Positions 10,893-22,872 are shown, counted from the whole stretch's first letter. The stretch is DNA of 63,932 nt, filler included, from Barthelona sp. PAP020 (GCA_040182905.1; 3 parts of 3 records of this genome joined end to end with filler, not necessarily neighbours in it); one strand, 5' to 3'. The notes: a model not told the origin generated them from the sequence alone. A program made the numbers and translations.

Positions 10893-11858
10893 TTAAACAT
10901 CAGGTGTCGGGATAAGTTCTTCAGTTTCAGAAACAGCTTTCGAAACGTTTTTATTAAAGATATCATCTATTGATGTTGAAAAGTATAACAAAAGACCAGA
11001 AACCACTAGAACCAATGAAAGAATAAATGAAAGTTCAAGACTTTCCTTGAACAAAATAACACCATATAAAACTACCCAGATACTGTTAGTCAATCCACAA
11101 ATATTTACTGAGGCAGCAGAAATACATTTGATTGCATTCAAACTGAAAATATACGATAAAAATAGACACAACCCATACCCAATTATTCCCATTGCCTTCG
11201 GTAAAGTCCAAATTGTTTGTCTGATTGTGGAATATTCAACGACCAAAGTTTGAAGCAAAGAAATAATAAATTGAAATGGGGATAACAATTTCAACAGTGA
11301 TACTGCATCTAAATCAGTCAAAAAAAACTCAAAAATGGTATTCGAACATCCATACATAAAAGCAGAAGCCAATGCCATTGTATCACCAATGAAAGGCTCT
11401 ATTGCATCAGATCTTGGGGAATCAAACATATATAGCAATAGTAATCCAACAACAGAAATTATAGCTCCAATAAAATGAACGGTTTTGAATTTTTTTTTCA
11501 AAAACAATAAAGATAGCACAATAACAACTGGAGTGGATCCAAGACTTAATACATTCACAGACGTGATTGAAGTGTATCTAAATGCTTGAACAATAAAATA
11601 ATTTGCTTCAACATCACATAAAATTCCAATAAACATGAAAAAAAACTGTCTTTTTTTAATAATTTTCTTAAAAGGATTATCTTTCCAGTAATTCGGCATT
11701 AACCAACAACTTAAAAATAAAAAATATGAAATTAAAGATTGAAACATTGGTAATGACAAACCCATATGTTGAACTAAATATTGACTGATAGCTGAAGTTG
11801 TAGCATTCAAAAAAGCTCCAAGCAATGCAAATATTATCCCCAAAATATTCGAATACAT
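10893..11858 (-). CDS. SLC35F-family drug/metabolite transporter
   Basis: About 10 TM helices; DVEANYFIVQAFRYTSITSV and GD.+AL.SA.+YG.SN motifs. Confidence 0.88.
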   Translation of the reverse strand: MYSNILGIIFALLGAFLNATTSAISQYLVQHMGLSLPMFQSLISYFLFLSCWLMPNYWKDNPFKKIIKKRQFFFMFIGILCDVEANYFIVQAFRYTSITSVNVLSLGSTPVVIVLSLLFLKKKFKTVHFIGAIISVVGLLLLYMFDSPRSDAIEPFIGDTMALASAFMYGCSNTIFEFFLTDLDAVSLLKLLSPFQFIISLLQTLVVEYSTIRQTIWTLPKAMGIIGYGLCLFLSYIFSLNAIKCISAASVNICGLTNSIWVVLYGVILFKESLELSFILSLVLVVSGLLLYFSTSIDDIFNKNVSKAVSETEELIPTPDV

Positions 11859-12069
11859 CAATCGTTTCTTGCAAAAAACCAAAATAGAAGAACTTTTTTT
11901 TTTTGAAAGATAAATAAAAAAAATTCCCGATTGTTTCTCCTTCCTTCAATAAAACAAACCTAACAAACAAATTTAAAAAGAAGAAAAGAGCAATAAAAAG
12001 AGTTCTAATTTATTTTAATACATACTATCGTAAAAATACAACGACTAAAGTAATACAAATCACAAAAGA

Positions 12070-12709
12070 TTAATGAAATCCTTTGAACGAAAATTTGGGT
12101 CCTGTACCAATTGAATCATTCATACTATATTGTCCAGGTCCAGGAATAGTACTATCAATAGAAAGAGAATTCTTGGCTTTAATAGAATAACGAGGAGATC
12201 TCGGAGACTTAGGAGAAGTGGTATCATATGCACCAGGACCAGGTGCTCTTTCCTTAATGTTTCGAGAGTATCTTTTGGAAAAAGTGGGTGCCTTTGAATT
12301 GAAAGTACTTCCAACAGGATAATGACCAGGTCCAGGGATATTATTTTGAAGATCCTCTTCTTTCTTAGGTCTGATTGTGGGAACAGTTTTTTTAGTCTTA
12401 ATTGGTTCAGGGTTATATTTACCAGGACCAGGAAAATCACAAACTTCCTTTTTCTTATCTTTAAATCTTGGGGACAAAGAAAAACCTTTTGAAGAATCAA
12501 ATGCACCAGGTAACTCATATTGACCAGGACCTGGATTAGATTTGTTGGTGTAAATTGAACCTCTTGAAGGAGTAATGGTTTTTCCTTTGAAAATTAGTTA
12601 AATCTTTAAAAAAAACTTTAAAAATACCTTTCTGATTGAAAGACGATTGAACTTCATACATTCCTGGACCAGGGTAGTCCTCAGGTTTGGCAGTCCAAGA
12701 AGAAGACAT
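12070..12709 (-). CDS. SHIPPO-1/ODF3-like PGPGxY-repeat ciliary protein, two exons (12709-12628, 12584-12070)
   Basis: Repeated PGPG.Y motifs; removing a 43-nt GT..AG intron gives the continuous frame MSSSWTAKPEDYPGPGMY...QKGKTITP. Confidence 0.85.
12585..12627 (-). other. 43-nt spliceosomal intron
   Basis: GTATTT...AACTAATTTTCAAAG; removal restores frame. Confidence 0.85.
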
Positions 12710-12819
12710 GATTGTTACAAAAAAAAAAAATATTCAAAGTTTTTACCTTAACTTTTTCGAGACAAAAACACTTTTCCCATAACAAAAAACTCTCACAAAA
12801 ACAATAAATTCCAAAAACT

Positions 12820-13515
12820 TTATAAAAAATGTTCAAAAAATTTAATATATTGTTCTTTAAAAACACCTCCTGTAGGAATATAATGGCCATTAGGATGTTC
12901 AACGATGGTAAAATTAGAAAAAAAACCGGTTAGTTCATGAGCACTTTGCACTCCAACATATTCATCTTTTTCTCCAATGATAAACAGTACATTTCCATTC
13001 GATTTTACCTTTTCTTTGTTTGTTTTAACGACGAACCTGAAATTATCAATGGTCTCAGTCTCAACAGTATTTTCATTAACCAGAAAATCTTGAATAAATG
13101 GATGTGATAACTGATTATTTGTCAAAAAAACAGGTAAAAATCCAGCGGCAATAACGCAATATGATGGAATATGAAGATTTGGAAAGTTTTGTTCAACGTA
13201 TTGAACATTTGTATGTAAACCATGAAAAACTATACTGGCTAAAAGACTACCTTGAGAAAAACCTAACAAAATGTCAAAATGATCCTCATTTAATATGTTT
13301 AGAATATAATCAATAGATTGATCCATTCCTTGAAATTTCTGAACAGAATCAGTATTCCACCAACCCTTTAATCCATCATAAGTATCAAATGGAGCATCAA
13401 CATAAATCCATTCATCGTTGCCAACAATTTTCTTTAAATTCCTTCGAAATCCACCAGTTCTGCCTCGAAATTTTATTGCATTTTGTCTAAATCCATGTAA
13501 ACATAATATTTTCAT
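12820..13515 (-). CDS. FSH1/OVCA2-family serine hydrolase
   Basis: MKILCLHGFRQN, GFSQG nucleophile elbow, GEKD, H..GH.IP. Confidence 0.92.
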   Translation of the reverse strand: MKILCLHGFRQNAIKFRGRTGGFRRNLKKIVGNDEWIYVDAPFDTYDGLKGWWNTDSVQKFQGMDQSIDYILNILNEDHFDILLGFSQGSLLASIVFHGLHTNVQYVEQNFPNLHIPSYCVIAAGFLPVFLTNNQLSHPFIQDFLVNENTVETETIDNFRFVVKTNKEKVKSNGNVLFIIGEKDEYVGVQSAHELTGFFSNFTIVEHPNGHYIPTGGVFKEQYIKFFEHFL

Positions 13516-13754
13516 AAAATAAATAACCAAGAATTGATTGGATACCAAAAGAAAACCCAAAAAAAAATTCAACCGTCAACTGTTTCAACTACTTCAACTT
13601 CAATAAAAGAGGCACAAACTAAACTTCTTATAAATTTGTTTTGTTTTATAGAATGTATCTCAAATAATAAGTTTCAATTCACAAACAGCCAATAAAAAAT
13701 ATACAACTTTACTCGTTTCATTCATAACCCTCCAAACCACAAAAAACGCAAAGA

Positions 13755-15329
13755 TTATGTTGACCCAAAATCTTGAGCCCATTTTTCATAAATTGGGATG
13801 CTTTCAGCCTTTACAGAAGGATTTACCATCTTTAAAGCTTCATTAAAATCGTCCATTGTAATAATTTCCCCCACATTGTCCAAATTACGCTCATCAAATT
13901 CATCCATCTTGTCGAAATCAATATCATCCATTTTTCTACCAAGATCCAATAAAGCTGCTTGTCTGCAAACACCAGCAACATCTGCACAAGAAAATCCATC
14001 AGTAACTTTAGCAATGCTGTCAACATCTACATCGTCAGCAAGAGTCATGTCCTTCATAGAATTTTCAATAATCTGCCTTCTAGTCATCTCATCGGGTAAA
14101 GGTACATATATACGTTTTTCTAATCGACGAACAACATTGTCATGAAGATCCCATGGAAAATTGGTGGCACCAATGACCACGACAAGGTTTGAATTGTCCG
14201 AATCTTTGACAATTCCATCCATTTGGGTTAACAACTCGGCTTTTACTCTTCTGCTGGCCTCATGTTCCTCGGCTCCCTTTGCTTTCATAAACAATGCATC
14301 CATTTCATCAAGAAATATAACAGAAGGTGAATGATATCTTGCTAATTCAAACAATGTCCTTACCAAATTTTCTGATTCACCCCTGAATTTTGACCCCAAT
14401 GAAGAGGCAGAAATAGAGAAAAAAGTCGTGTTCAATTCAGTAGCAACTGCTCGAGCAAGCATTGTTTTACCAGTACCTGGAGGTCCAAAAAGCATAATCC
14501 CCTTCCATGGTCGACGAATACCGGTGAAAAAATCAGGTCTTTTCAATGGCATATAAATAGTCTGGAAAATTAGCTTCTTTGCTTGGTTTAACCCTGAAAT
14601 ATCAGAGAAATGGGTGTCTCCCTGATCAATCATGTCTCTCTCAATTACAGCGGCCAGGTTTGGATCACCTCTAAAAGGCTCTTTATTTTTATCATCCTTT
14701 CCGCTTGTGTTTTTTTCGCCTTTTGCAGATTTAGTGTCTCGTCTTTTACCAGCAGAACGACTAGGAAATGGTCGTTCATTATGACTTTGATAAGCGTTTG
14801 ATGGCTTTTCACCACTAGAATGCTCAGGACGTTCAGAACGATCAAATCGACCAATACGTTCATTGCTGGGCTTTGAAGAAAAATCAGAATAACGAACTTT
14901 CGATGCTTCTGTAGTCTTTGAATTGGTGTAGGATGAAGAGGATCCATTGTTATTCCCAGTTTTTTTTGTTTTTCTAATTGGTCTTCTGTTATACCTGTCA
15001 GGTCTCACAGGAGGACAATTGGGACTAGGTTTTCGAGGTCCAGGCATAGCACTAAATCCTTGAAATGGTGATTCAACGGGTTTTGAATCTTGTGGCTCAC
15101 TAAACTGCTTAACAACCTCTAATATATCATTAACAATACCATATTCGTGTTCAATCTTTGAAATTATATTAGCCCAACGTTCAAAATTCGAATCATCTTC
15201 AATTTCTTCAACAATTTCTGCCATTTGATCAAGTGAATTTTGGTAAGCTACTGTAGCTGCATCATAATTACTCAATAAACTTTGATCTCTACCTAATTTC
15301 ACAGAATTAGATAAGTTTAACAAATTCAT
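13755..15329 (-). CDS. KATNA1: Katanin p60 ATPase subunit A1
   Basis: N-terminal MIT-like helices, [45 protein letters not shown]-terminus. Confidence 0.9.
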   Translation of the reverse strand: MNLLNLSNSVKLGRDQSLLSNYDAATVAYQNSLDQMAEIVEEIEDDSNFERWANIISKIEHEYGIVNDILEVVKQFSEPQDSKPVESPFQGFSAMPGPRKPSPNCPPVRPDRYNRRPIRKTKKTGNNNGSSSSYTNSKTTEASKVRYSDFSSKPSNERIGRFDRSERPEHSSGEKPSNAYQSHNERPFPSRSAGKRRDTKSAKGEKNTSGKDDKNKEPFRGDPNLAAVIERDMIDQGDTHFSDISGLNQAKKLIFQTIYMPLKRPDFFTGIRRPWKGIMLFGPPGTGKTMLARAVATELNTTFFSISASSLGSKFRGESENLVRTLFELARYHSPSVIFLDEMDALFMKAKGAEEHEASRRVKAELLTQMDGIVKDSDNSNLVVVIGATNFPWDLHDNVVRRLEKRIYVPLPDEMTRRQIIENSMKDMTLADDVDVDSIAKVTDGFSCADVAGVCRQAALLDLGRKMDDIDFDKMDEFDERNLDNVGEIITMDDFNEALKMVNPSVKAESIPIYEKWAQDFGST

Positions 15330-15503
15330 TCGTGTGTGAACCAAAAAAAAAATTAAAATTTTAAACAAATCATTATTTTTTATTTAAAAATGGCCAAAAA
15401 GCCCAATAATATTCTTCAGACTTTCTACTATTGAATTAAGGCAAAATAAAAACCAAAGGTGTAAATTCTTCAATCATCAAATCTTTTTTTTTATTTCTAA
15501 CAA

Positions 15504-17765
15504 ATGTCAAACTTTGAGAAATTTGAAAGCATGACGGGTATGAGGTTTTCCTTCATCAATTTACCCCAAAGTAGAACTGAATTATCAAAATTCGGTGTAC
15601 CTTTTGGTGGTATTGTTACTCCACTTGCTAATATCCCTAATTTACCTTTATCCACACATGCACCTGCAAAGTGTAGTAATTGTGATTGTATTATCAATCC
15701 TTATGTTCGTGTTGATGCTGGATCAAAAATGTGGATTTGTAATTTTTGTCAAACTCACAACAGATTACCAGCACATATGAATGATATTGGTCCCAATAAT
15801 GTTCCAATGCCTTTAAAACCTGAAAACGTTGCTGTTGAATATGTTATTGGTCAAAATAGAAATCCACCAGTTTATTTGTTTGTTATTGACACAATTATGA
15901 CGGAAAAAGATTTGAGCTCGCTTAAAAGTTCCCTTGAATCGGTTATTGATTTGTTACCTCCTGATGCTTTGGTTGGTTTTATTTCCTTTTCACGTAATAT
16001 TTGTTTATGGCAATTAACTGATTCAGCTATACCTCGTTGTGTTGTTTTTTCTGGTGCAAATCCAGTTGACCCAAAAAAATTACAGCAATGGCTTCAATTA
16101 CCTTCAAAAGGCTTATCTGACGCATACATTCGTAATCCTTTCCTTCAACCAGTTTCTGAAGTTGAATTTATTGTTTCAAATATCATGGATGCCATTGATT
16201 CTGATAGCTATCCTGTTTCTAAGCCCAAATCCAGACCAAAACGTGCGACTGGGGCTGCCTTACAAACAGCTCAAGCCTTTTTGAATCTCGTTGTGGATCG
16301 AATTCCTGCAAAAATATTGCTTTTTACTGCTGGTCCTTGTACCCATGGTCCTGGTGCAATTATTTCTCTTGATAAGACTGATTTGCCCCGTACCAACCGT
16401 GATATTCATGCAGATGAAAATGTCAAATTACACAAGAAAGCTTGTGGATTCTACAATGATATGGCCAAAAAATTAGCTGATTCTGGTCATTGTGTTGATA
16501 TTTTTTCTTGCTCTATTCATGAAACTGGTATATATGAAATGGCACCAGTTGTTGAATTAACTGGAGGTGTGGTTTTCTCTCTTTCAAAGGATGGTTTTGA
16601 CTCTGAAATTTTCTCCATGTCCCTAATGCATTTGTTCAGTAAATCTGGCGGAATTGGTTCTGTTTCACATTATTCTGGTGAAGCTGAAGGTATTCCAATT
16701 GGTACTGGAGTTGTCATTCAATGTAAGACTTCAAACAAAGATTTTAAAGTTAGTGGAGCTCTTGGTCCTTGTTGTTCTGCTAAAGTAATGACCCCTGATG
16801 TTTCTGAAATTGTTGTTGGTGAGGGTAACACATCAGTTTGGAAAATGGGACAGTGTTCAACTGATATGTCTTTGTCTTTCTTCTTTGACATTGTTTCCCA
16901 ACAGCAGAATGCGTTTGCTGGTGCCCCCTATCGTTATCTGCAATTTTTAACTACATACAATCACCCAGAAGGTTCTGTTGTACTAAGAGTTGTAACTACT
17001 GCTTTCAAATGGTCTGCCAATATTGGTCCTGAAATAGCAAGTGGTTTTGACCAGGAAACTGCTGTTGTACTACTGGCAAGATTGGCTGCTCAAAGAATGC
17101 GTGAAGAAACGCCTAGAGAAACTTTGATTCATCTGGATGAACAATTGATCAAATTTTGCAAATATTTTGCCAGTTATACGAAGGGTATTCCTGAAAGTTT
17201 TACTCTACCTCAAACGATGACCTTATTCCCTCAATTCATTTTTCACTTGAGAAGATCGGATATTATGCAAAAATTCAATCAAATGCCTGATCAAGCTGCC
17301 TTTTTAAGATGTTCTTTGTTGAGAGAAACTGTTTATAATTGCATTAGAATGATACAACCTGTATTGTTGGCTTATCGATTGGGTGAAGAGCCTCAAAACG
17401 TCATTTTAGATTCTTCTTCTCTTCAAGAGCGTCAAATTCTTTTATTAGATGCCTACTTTCATATCATCATTCATCATGATCGTATCATTCATCACTGGGT
17501 TTCCAAAGAATTCCATAAAGACCCTCAGTACAAGGCCGTGAAAGACTTAATTGAAATGCCTGAAGAAGATGCTTTGGATATCATGGAAGACCGTTTCCCT
17601 GTGCCTAAGATCTTCCGTACTTTCCCTTATGATCCCGATGAAAGATATTTGATCTCTAGATTGAATATCATTGATGGTGGAAGCAATGAAAATGGATTGT
17701 TCACTAATGAGGTCAATTTAGATGCATTTTACAACACATTAAAGAACGTTGTTGTGAAAGGCTAG
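15504..17765 (+). CDS. SEC23: COPII coat protein Sec23
   Basis: Zn finger CSNC..INPY..WICNFC, trunk PVYLFVID, FDQETAVVLLAR, PQFIFHLRRS, DRFPVP. Confidence 0.95.
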   Translation: MSNFEKFESMTGMRFSFINLPQSRTELSKFGVPFGGIVTPLANIPNLPLSTHAPAKCSNCDCIINPYVRVDAGSKMWICNFCQTHNRLPAHMNDIGPNNVPMPLKPENVAVEYVIGQNRNPPVYLFVIDTIMTEKDLSSLKSSLESVIDLLPPDALVGFISFSRNICLWQLTDSAIPRCVVFSGANPVDPKKLQQWLQLPSKGLSDAYIRNPFLQPVSEVEFIVSNIMDAIDSDSYPVSKPKSRPKRATGAALQTAQAFLNLVVDRIPAKILLFTAGPCTHGPGAIISLDKTDLPRTNRDIHADENVKLHKKACGFYNDMAKKLADSGHCVDIFSCSIHETGIYEMAPVVELTGGVVFSLSKDGFDSEIFSMSLMHLFSKSGGIGSVSHYSGEAEGIPIGTGVVIQCKTSNKDFKVSGALGPCCSAKVMTPDVSEIVVGEGNTSVWKMGQCSTDMSLSFFFDIVSQQQNAFAGAPYRYLQFLTTYNHPEGSVVLRVVTTAFKWSANIGPEIASGFDQETAVVLLARLAAQRMREETPRETLIHLDEQLIKFCKYFASYTKGIPESFTLPQTMTLFPQFIFHLRRSDIMQKFNQMPDQAAFLRCSLLRETVYNCIRMIQPVLLAYRLGEEPQNVILDSSSLQERQILLLDAYFHIIIHHDRIIHHWVSKEFHKDPQYKAVKDLIEMPEEDALDIMEDRFPVPKIFRTFPYDPDERYLISRLNIIDGGSNENGLFTNEVNLDAFYNTLKNVVVKG

Positions 17766-17963
17766 AGCAAAGACCTAAAAATCAAAAAATTAAAAGCAAG
17801 AGTTACCTTTTTGCGTGTTATTTTTTGTCTCATTCAATAAATGATTGTTAATGTTTCTTCTTTCTTTATCAATAACTTTAGGATAAAATGCCATAAAACC
17901 CAAGATTCAACGAAAAAAATAAAAAAATTATAAAAATTTTTACAAAAATATAAATTAAAGTTC

Positions 17964-18938
17964 TTAGAACAAGCTGCTACCAGTGGGACGATGACCATTG
18001 TTCATGTTCATGTTCATACCCATATTCATTCCTCCCATAGGACTGGGATTCATTCCCATAGATTGGTTCATTCCATTGTTCATTCCATTAGCCATACCAT
18101 TAGCCATACCATTAACCATATTGTTGGTCATATTCATGGCTTGACCCATAGCTTGACCCATAGCTTGACCCAAGTTGTGCATTCCATTGTTCATACCAGG
18201 CATTCCCATGTTATTGTTCATTCCCATTCCCATGTTGTTGGGCTTCATTCCCATTCCCATGTTATTGTTCATTCCAGGCATTCCCATGTTGTTGTTCATA
18301 CCAGGCATTCCCATATTGTTGTTCATTCCCATTCCCATTCCCATGTTGGTGTTCATTCCCATGTTATTGTTCATTCCCATTCCCATGTTATTGTTCATTC
18401 CAGGCATTCCCATGTTGTTGTTCATACCAGGCATTCCCATATTGTTGTTCATTCCCATATTGTTGTTCATTCCCATTCCCATGTTGGTGTTCATTCCAGT
18501 GTTCATTCCCATTCCCATGTTGCTGTTCATTCCACTGTTCATTCCCATACCAGAGCTGGGAGAGGACATGATAAGCTTGGTAGCTTCATCACGATCAGAA
18601 GAATGACTAAGAGAACTGATAATTGATTGAGCATCAGATTTATCGCCAATCTTAGGCATAAGAGCGCGCAAAGCAGCCATCTTATCAGAAGAGTGAGGCA
18701 TAACGTTCATAAGATTTCCAACATGACGACAATTAAGAGGAGAACCTTGAATAGCTTGAGCAATTTTCATAACAGCCTTCTTTTGATCAGAAGAATGATT
18801 GAAACCTTCAACAATTAAAGCAAGATCATTTTCTTGCCACATATGCATTTGATTTGTTGCAAGCCATAAATCCAAAGCATTGAATTTGTCAGAGGCAAAA
18901 GAAGCAGAATCAAGATTACCACGTAATTGAGCAGCCAT
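17964..18938 (-). CDS. DUF4476-like helical-repeat domain plus Met/Gly/Asn low-complexity tail
   Basis: Repeated F/H.SD+..A segments in the first ~125 aa, then tandem MNNNMGM(PG) repeats. Confidence 0.75.
   Translation of the reverse strand: MAAQLRGNLDSASFASDKFNALDLWLATNQMHMWQENDLALIVEGFNHSSDQKKAVMKIAQAIQGSPLNCRHVGNLMNVMPHSSDKMAALRALMPKIGDKSDAQSIISSLSHSSDRDEATKLIMSSPSSGMGMNSGMNSNMGMGMNTGMNTNMGMGMNNNMGMNNNMGMPGMNNNMGMPGMNNNMGMGMNNNMGMNTNMGMGMGMNNNMGMPGMNNNMGMPGMNNNMGMGMKPNNMGMGMNNNMGMPGMNNGMHNLGQAMGQAMGQAMNMTNNMVNGMANGMANGMNNGMNQSMGMNPSPMGGMNMGMNMNMNNGHRPTGSSLF
17995..18550 (-). repeat. Coding tandem repeats (MNNNMGMPG / MGMNTG units)
   Basis: Directly visible attcccat/gttgttcat periodicity. 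Confidence 0.9.
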
Positions 18939-19705
18939 TTAAAATAGTTTCACAAAGAAAAAATATTTTTAAATGGAAATCACTCCTTTTTTTTTTCAAA
19001 TTTTTCCCTGTCAGTGCTTTGCACTTTTTTTAATTCGGCATACAAAATACATCACACATGACAAATCTTAATTTATTTAGTTAAAAATCTTTTTTTTCAA
19101 GAAATGTATTTTTGTTTTGTGTTGCTCTTTTTTTTAAAAACTGTTCTAAAAACAAAATAAAATATAATTTTTACAATTTTAAATGCAAAATAACAGTTTT
19201 TTTATATTTTTGTCTTGTAAGATTCAGCATTTATATTGACTTTTCTTTTTTGGCAAAATTGAAAAGTTTTGGTATAAACTTCTATTCATGCAACTATTTA
19301 AGAGGTTTGCAAAATAAAATTGCCAAAGATACTTTTAAAACAAATTTCGCAAGAACATTAGTTCCAAATTGTTTTTTCCAATTTTTCTTTCACAAAACAA
19401 CTAACCATTCAAATTAGAGATCATATTTCTTTATTTGAAACAGAGAAAAGACAAACAAAGAAAACTCATTTGATGAAATATGAAGACAGAAAAAAAGCAC
19501 TGTAAACGAATCAACACTTTAACAGGTTGAAATCTCTTTTGAACCAATCAAAAAAAACGTTTTATTCAAAAGAACTCTATTTTGAGTGAAGAACAAAATA
19601 ATGAATCACAATGTAGTTCCTCCCTAAGTTGGAAAATAAATATAAATCTTTGAGAAAGCAAAAAGAAGAAATTGAAAATGACAACTTTTTCGTTTTTAAT
19701 TTTTC

Positions 19706-21658
19706 ATGTTTACCTTTGAAGAATTACAAGGATCAAAAGAACTGCAACAACAACGAGCAAAGAAAGGCAGAAAAGTTGTTGAAGAGCCAGACGAAGAAGC
19801 TTTTGAAAAACTGTATGATTTTGTGAAATCCAACGATATCAATATACCTGGAAGTGAGATTGAAATAGTTGAAAGTAATATCGCTACCGGAAGTGGCAGC
19901 TACTTACATCTTGCGAAACGACTTGGAAAACTGGTAATAGTAAAATTTTTTACGAGAAAGATTGAAAAAGATGAACTTGATCGGGAGTGTTTTGCGATGG
20001 TGTTGGATCATCCTTTCATTCGACAAGTCTTTGGAGTGACTGAGATTAATGGAAAGAAAGGTATTGTAATGGAATACTGTGATGCAGTTCTTGAAGACAT
20101 GATTTCAGAGCTATCATTGAAAGAGAAGTTGGTTATCATGATGCAGGTTTCGTCCGCCATTGAGTTTTGTCACAGGAAAGGTGTTATGCACAGGGACCTT
20201 AAGCCAAACAATGTTTTATTGAGACGTGATGCTGATGGCGTGTATACACCTGCGATAGCTGATTTTGGGCTTGTTCGTAATGCAAGCAGGAGTTCGGCCA
20301 ATTCGATGATGGGGGCCATTAGATACGTGGCTCCTGAATTGGCCGATGAGTCAGAAGTTATCAAAGCAATGCCAGCAGATGTCTGGTCGTTTAGTGTTAT
20401 GTTGACTCAAGTCATTACTGGATTCATTCCATTTGATGGGTTGACTGAGTTTCAAATTGCTGTCAAATTGAGCAAGGGTCAACTTCCGTATCCTGAAGAA
20501 TTGCTGGACACCATACCTGGGTTTGGAATCATCAAGGCATGTTTGACTGTTGATTCAGCTGCTAGGCCAACGTTTTGTGACATTACAGAATATTTGCAGA
20601 TGCTGATTGAGCGTTTTGAGGGTTTTGATGGAAAATCTCCTGAGGAAAGTAAAAATCAATTGTTTTCAGGCAGTTCAACAGATCAATTGAAAGAAATTAA
20701 CAAAAAAGAAGATAAAATTCAGCCCATTGAAAATAAGAAACAAGTTTTTCGTTCATACGAAAGGTTTGTAGATCAACCTATATTCAGTCAGATATTTCCT
20801 GATGATTTTGTTTATGCCCTCGATTATAGTCTTGATGGCAAGTTTTTTGCGGTTTCAGGATCCAAAAGGAAATTGCTCAGAGTCTATAATGCGAAAACAC
20901 ATGAAATTGTGCATGAAAGGCAACATTTGGTGGCTAGAGGTCTTAGTTTCAGTCCAAATTCCAAAATTTTGGCTATTGGTGGGAATGACTCAGCAATTCA
21001 TATCATTGAGGTTGATACTTGGAGAATAGTCAAGGTCATTAAAATGCCTCAGAGTGTAAAACGTGTGTGCTTTTCACCAGACAGCAAATTGCTTTCTTTT
21101 GGTACCGAATATGGTTACATAGTCATACACACAGTAGAAGGACAGAAGTTATATCAACTTCGAATGCATAGAAAACAAGTTCACTCTGTACGTATCAGCC
21201 CAAATATGAAGTACTTTGCTTCTGTCAGTGGTGATGAATGTTCAAAGTTGTTTTCATTGGAAACTTGTAGAGAACTTCATTGCTGGAGTCATGATGGAGA
21301 GCAGGTAATGACAGGGAATTTTTCACCTGATAGTGCTTATTGGGTAACAGGGGACAAAATTGGTGTAATTCGGATATTTGATGTGGAATCTAGAGTATTG
21401 GTGGGAAAGGGCCGGGTTCATGGTGGTAGTATTACATCTGTCATGTTTTCCCAAGATAGTTCATTGATTTATTGTTGTTCCGAAGATAGATCATTTATTA
21501 TTATTCGGAGAAAAACAAATCAAGTTGTGCAAAGAGTACGTGTAGATTTCATAATTTTGGATTTGGCCCTCAACCATGACGGAACTCGCTTGTTGTGTAG
21601 TGGATGGAATTATGGCAATAATGTACCAATTCAAGAGTTCATTGCTTCAGGCATGTAA
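19706..21658 (+). CDS. Ser/Thr (TKL-like) protein kinase fused to WD40 propeller
   Basis: VIVK, HRDLKPNN, ADFG, YVAPE, DVWSF; about 7 FSP/D-type WD40 repeats. Confidence 0.9.
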   Translation: MFTFEELQGSKELQQQRAKKGRKVVEEPDEEAFEKLYDFVKSNDINIPGSEIEIVESNIATGSGSYLHLAKRLGKLVIVKFFTRKIEKDELDRECFAMVLDHPFIRQVFGVTEINGKKGIVMEYCDAVLEDMISELSLKEKLVIMMQVSSAIEFCHRKGVMHRDLKPNNVLLRRDADGVYTPAIADFGLVRNASRSSANSMMGAIRYVAPELADESEVIKAMPADVWSFSVMLTQVITGFIPFDGLTEFQIAVKLSKGQLPYPEELLDTIPGFGIIKACLTVDSAARPTFCDITEYLQMLIERFEGFDGKSPEESKNQLFSGSSTDQLKEINKKEDKIQPIENKKQVFRSYERFVDQPIFSQIFPDDFVYALDYSLDGKFFAVSGSKRKLLRVYNAKTHEIVHERQHLVARGLSFSPNSKILAIGGNDSAIHIIEVDTWRIVKVIKMPQSVKRVCFSPDSKLLSFGTEYGYIVIHTVEGQKLYQLRMHRKQVHSVRISPNMKYFASVSGDECSKLFSLETCRELHCWSHDGEQVMTGNFSPDSAYWVTGDKIGVIRIFDVESRVLVGKGRVHGGSITSVMFSQDSSLIYCCSEDRSFIIIRRKTNQVVQRVRVDFIILDLALNHDGTRLLCSGWNYGNNVPIQEFIASGM

Positions 21659-21963
21659 AACTTCAAAATTGTGTTCTCCTTTGCTTTTTCATGGTTGCAT
21701 GTTTTAGTTTTATCTCCTTTCCTTTTTTGTATTCCACCTTGCATCTAAATTTGAAATACATTTTTTAATAGTCTTCTTTCACTACAGGTGTCATTCAATG
21801 CATAACGATATTTTTATCAACCAAACCCAAGCAAAAAGCAATTTAACAATTTGGGAAATTTTTGAACAAAAGCTCTTTTTAAGTAGTTATATTTGTTAAT
21901 ATCTCATCATTTGGACAAAAACTGGTTTATTTACAGCAAACAATTCAATGCATTACTGACACA

Positions 21964-22228
21964 TTATTTCCAAGCTAAGAAGTGCTGTGCATATGAGTGA
22001 ACAAAAAAAATAGTGTTTATTTGATTAAAGGCTTTCGAGGCCCGATTGATCTGTTGACACTTTCAATTTTCTGACGTAAAGTTAAAACCATAATTTTGCT
22101 TTTGCCAAATCCAAAAAAAAACAGGACAGGAAGTACTTTTCCAAAGACACAACCTGGATTCACACAATGTACTTTCATTCTGGATTCCCTACACCCTGAG
22201 TTTTGGCTGAAATTCACCAAAATGACTT
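21964..22228 (+). repeat. Diverged dispersed repeat B copy
   Basis: Colinear similarity to 33910-34175 (TTAAAGGCTTTC.AGGCCCGATTGATCTGTTGA) and to 32854-32944. Confidence 0.85.
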
Positions 22229-22872
22229 TTTGGGTTTGTTTTCTCTGTAAAAATGATTGTGTTACTACTGAAGCAATGTATCAGGCCACTTTTATTTTTT
22301 CTTAAGGTTACGATACCGATTGTTGGAGTCCAACACAACAAGAACAAAAATATTAATTGTAAATGATGTTTCTTTCATTTATTTACATTGAAAGTTGTCA
22401 CATACTGCCAACATTAGACACTCTTATAAAGAAGTGAAAAAGGTTTCTTCAATGGAAGAAAAAAAGAAAATTTGATGAATACATATCGCACTTTTGCACG
22501 TTTAATTTGTGAATTTCGTGAGTGCAAATATGTCAACGCCATCACTGCATCAACAAATCTGCAAAATAAATTGGAACAATGTCTTTTGTTAAAAATATTC
22601 GAACAAACATCATTATGACAAACTTTCATATGTGTAACATTTTCACAATGTTTAAATCAACACTAAAAGTTCAATTGAGTGCATCAATTCGAAAAAGGAA
22701 ATCTCAAGAGAAAATTAATTAATATTTTGAACAGTTCTCCACAAACCAGTCAATTAATGATCGAATTTCATTTTGCCAACAACTAAATTAAAATACTGCC
22801 CATTTTAAGGGATAAATATTGATATCCAAAGAGAAATGGGAAATTTGGTGGATCTTATTTCTTTTGCCGACA

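Noticed and set aside
17991..18626. His-rich and IPML-repeat plus-strand ORFs
   Set aside because: Antisense shadows of the Met/Gly/Asn repeat gene
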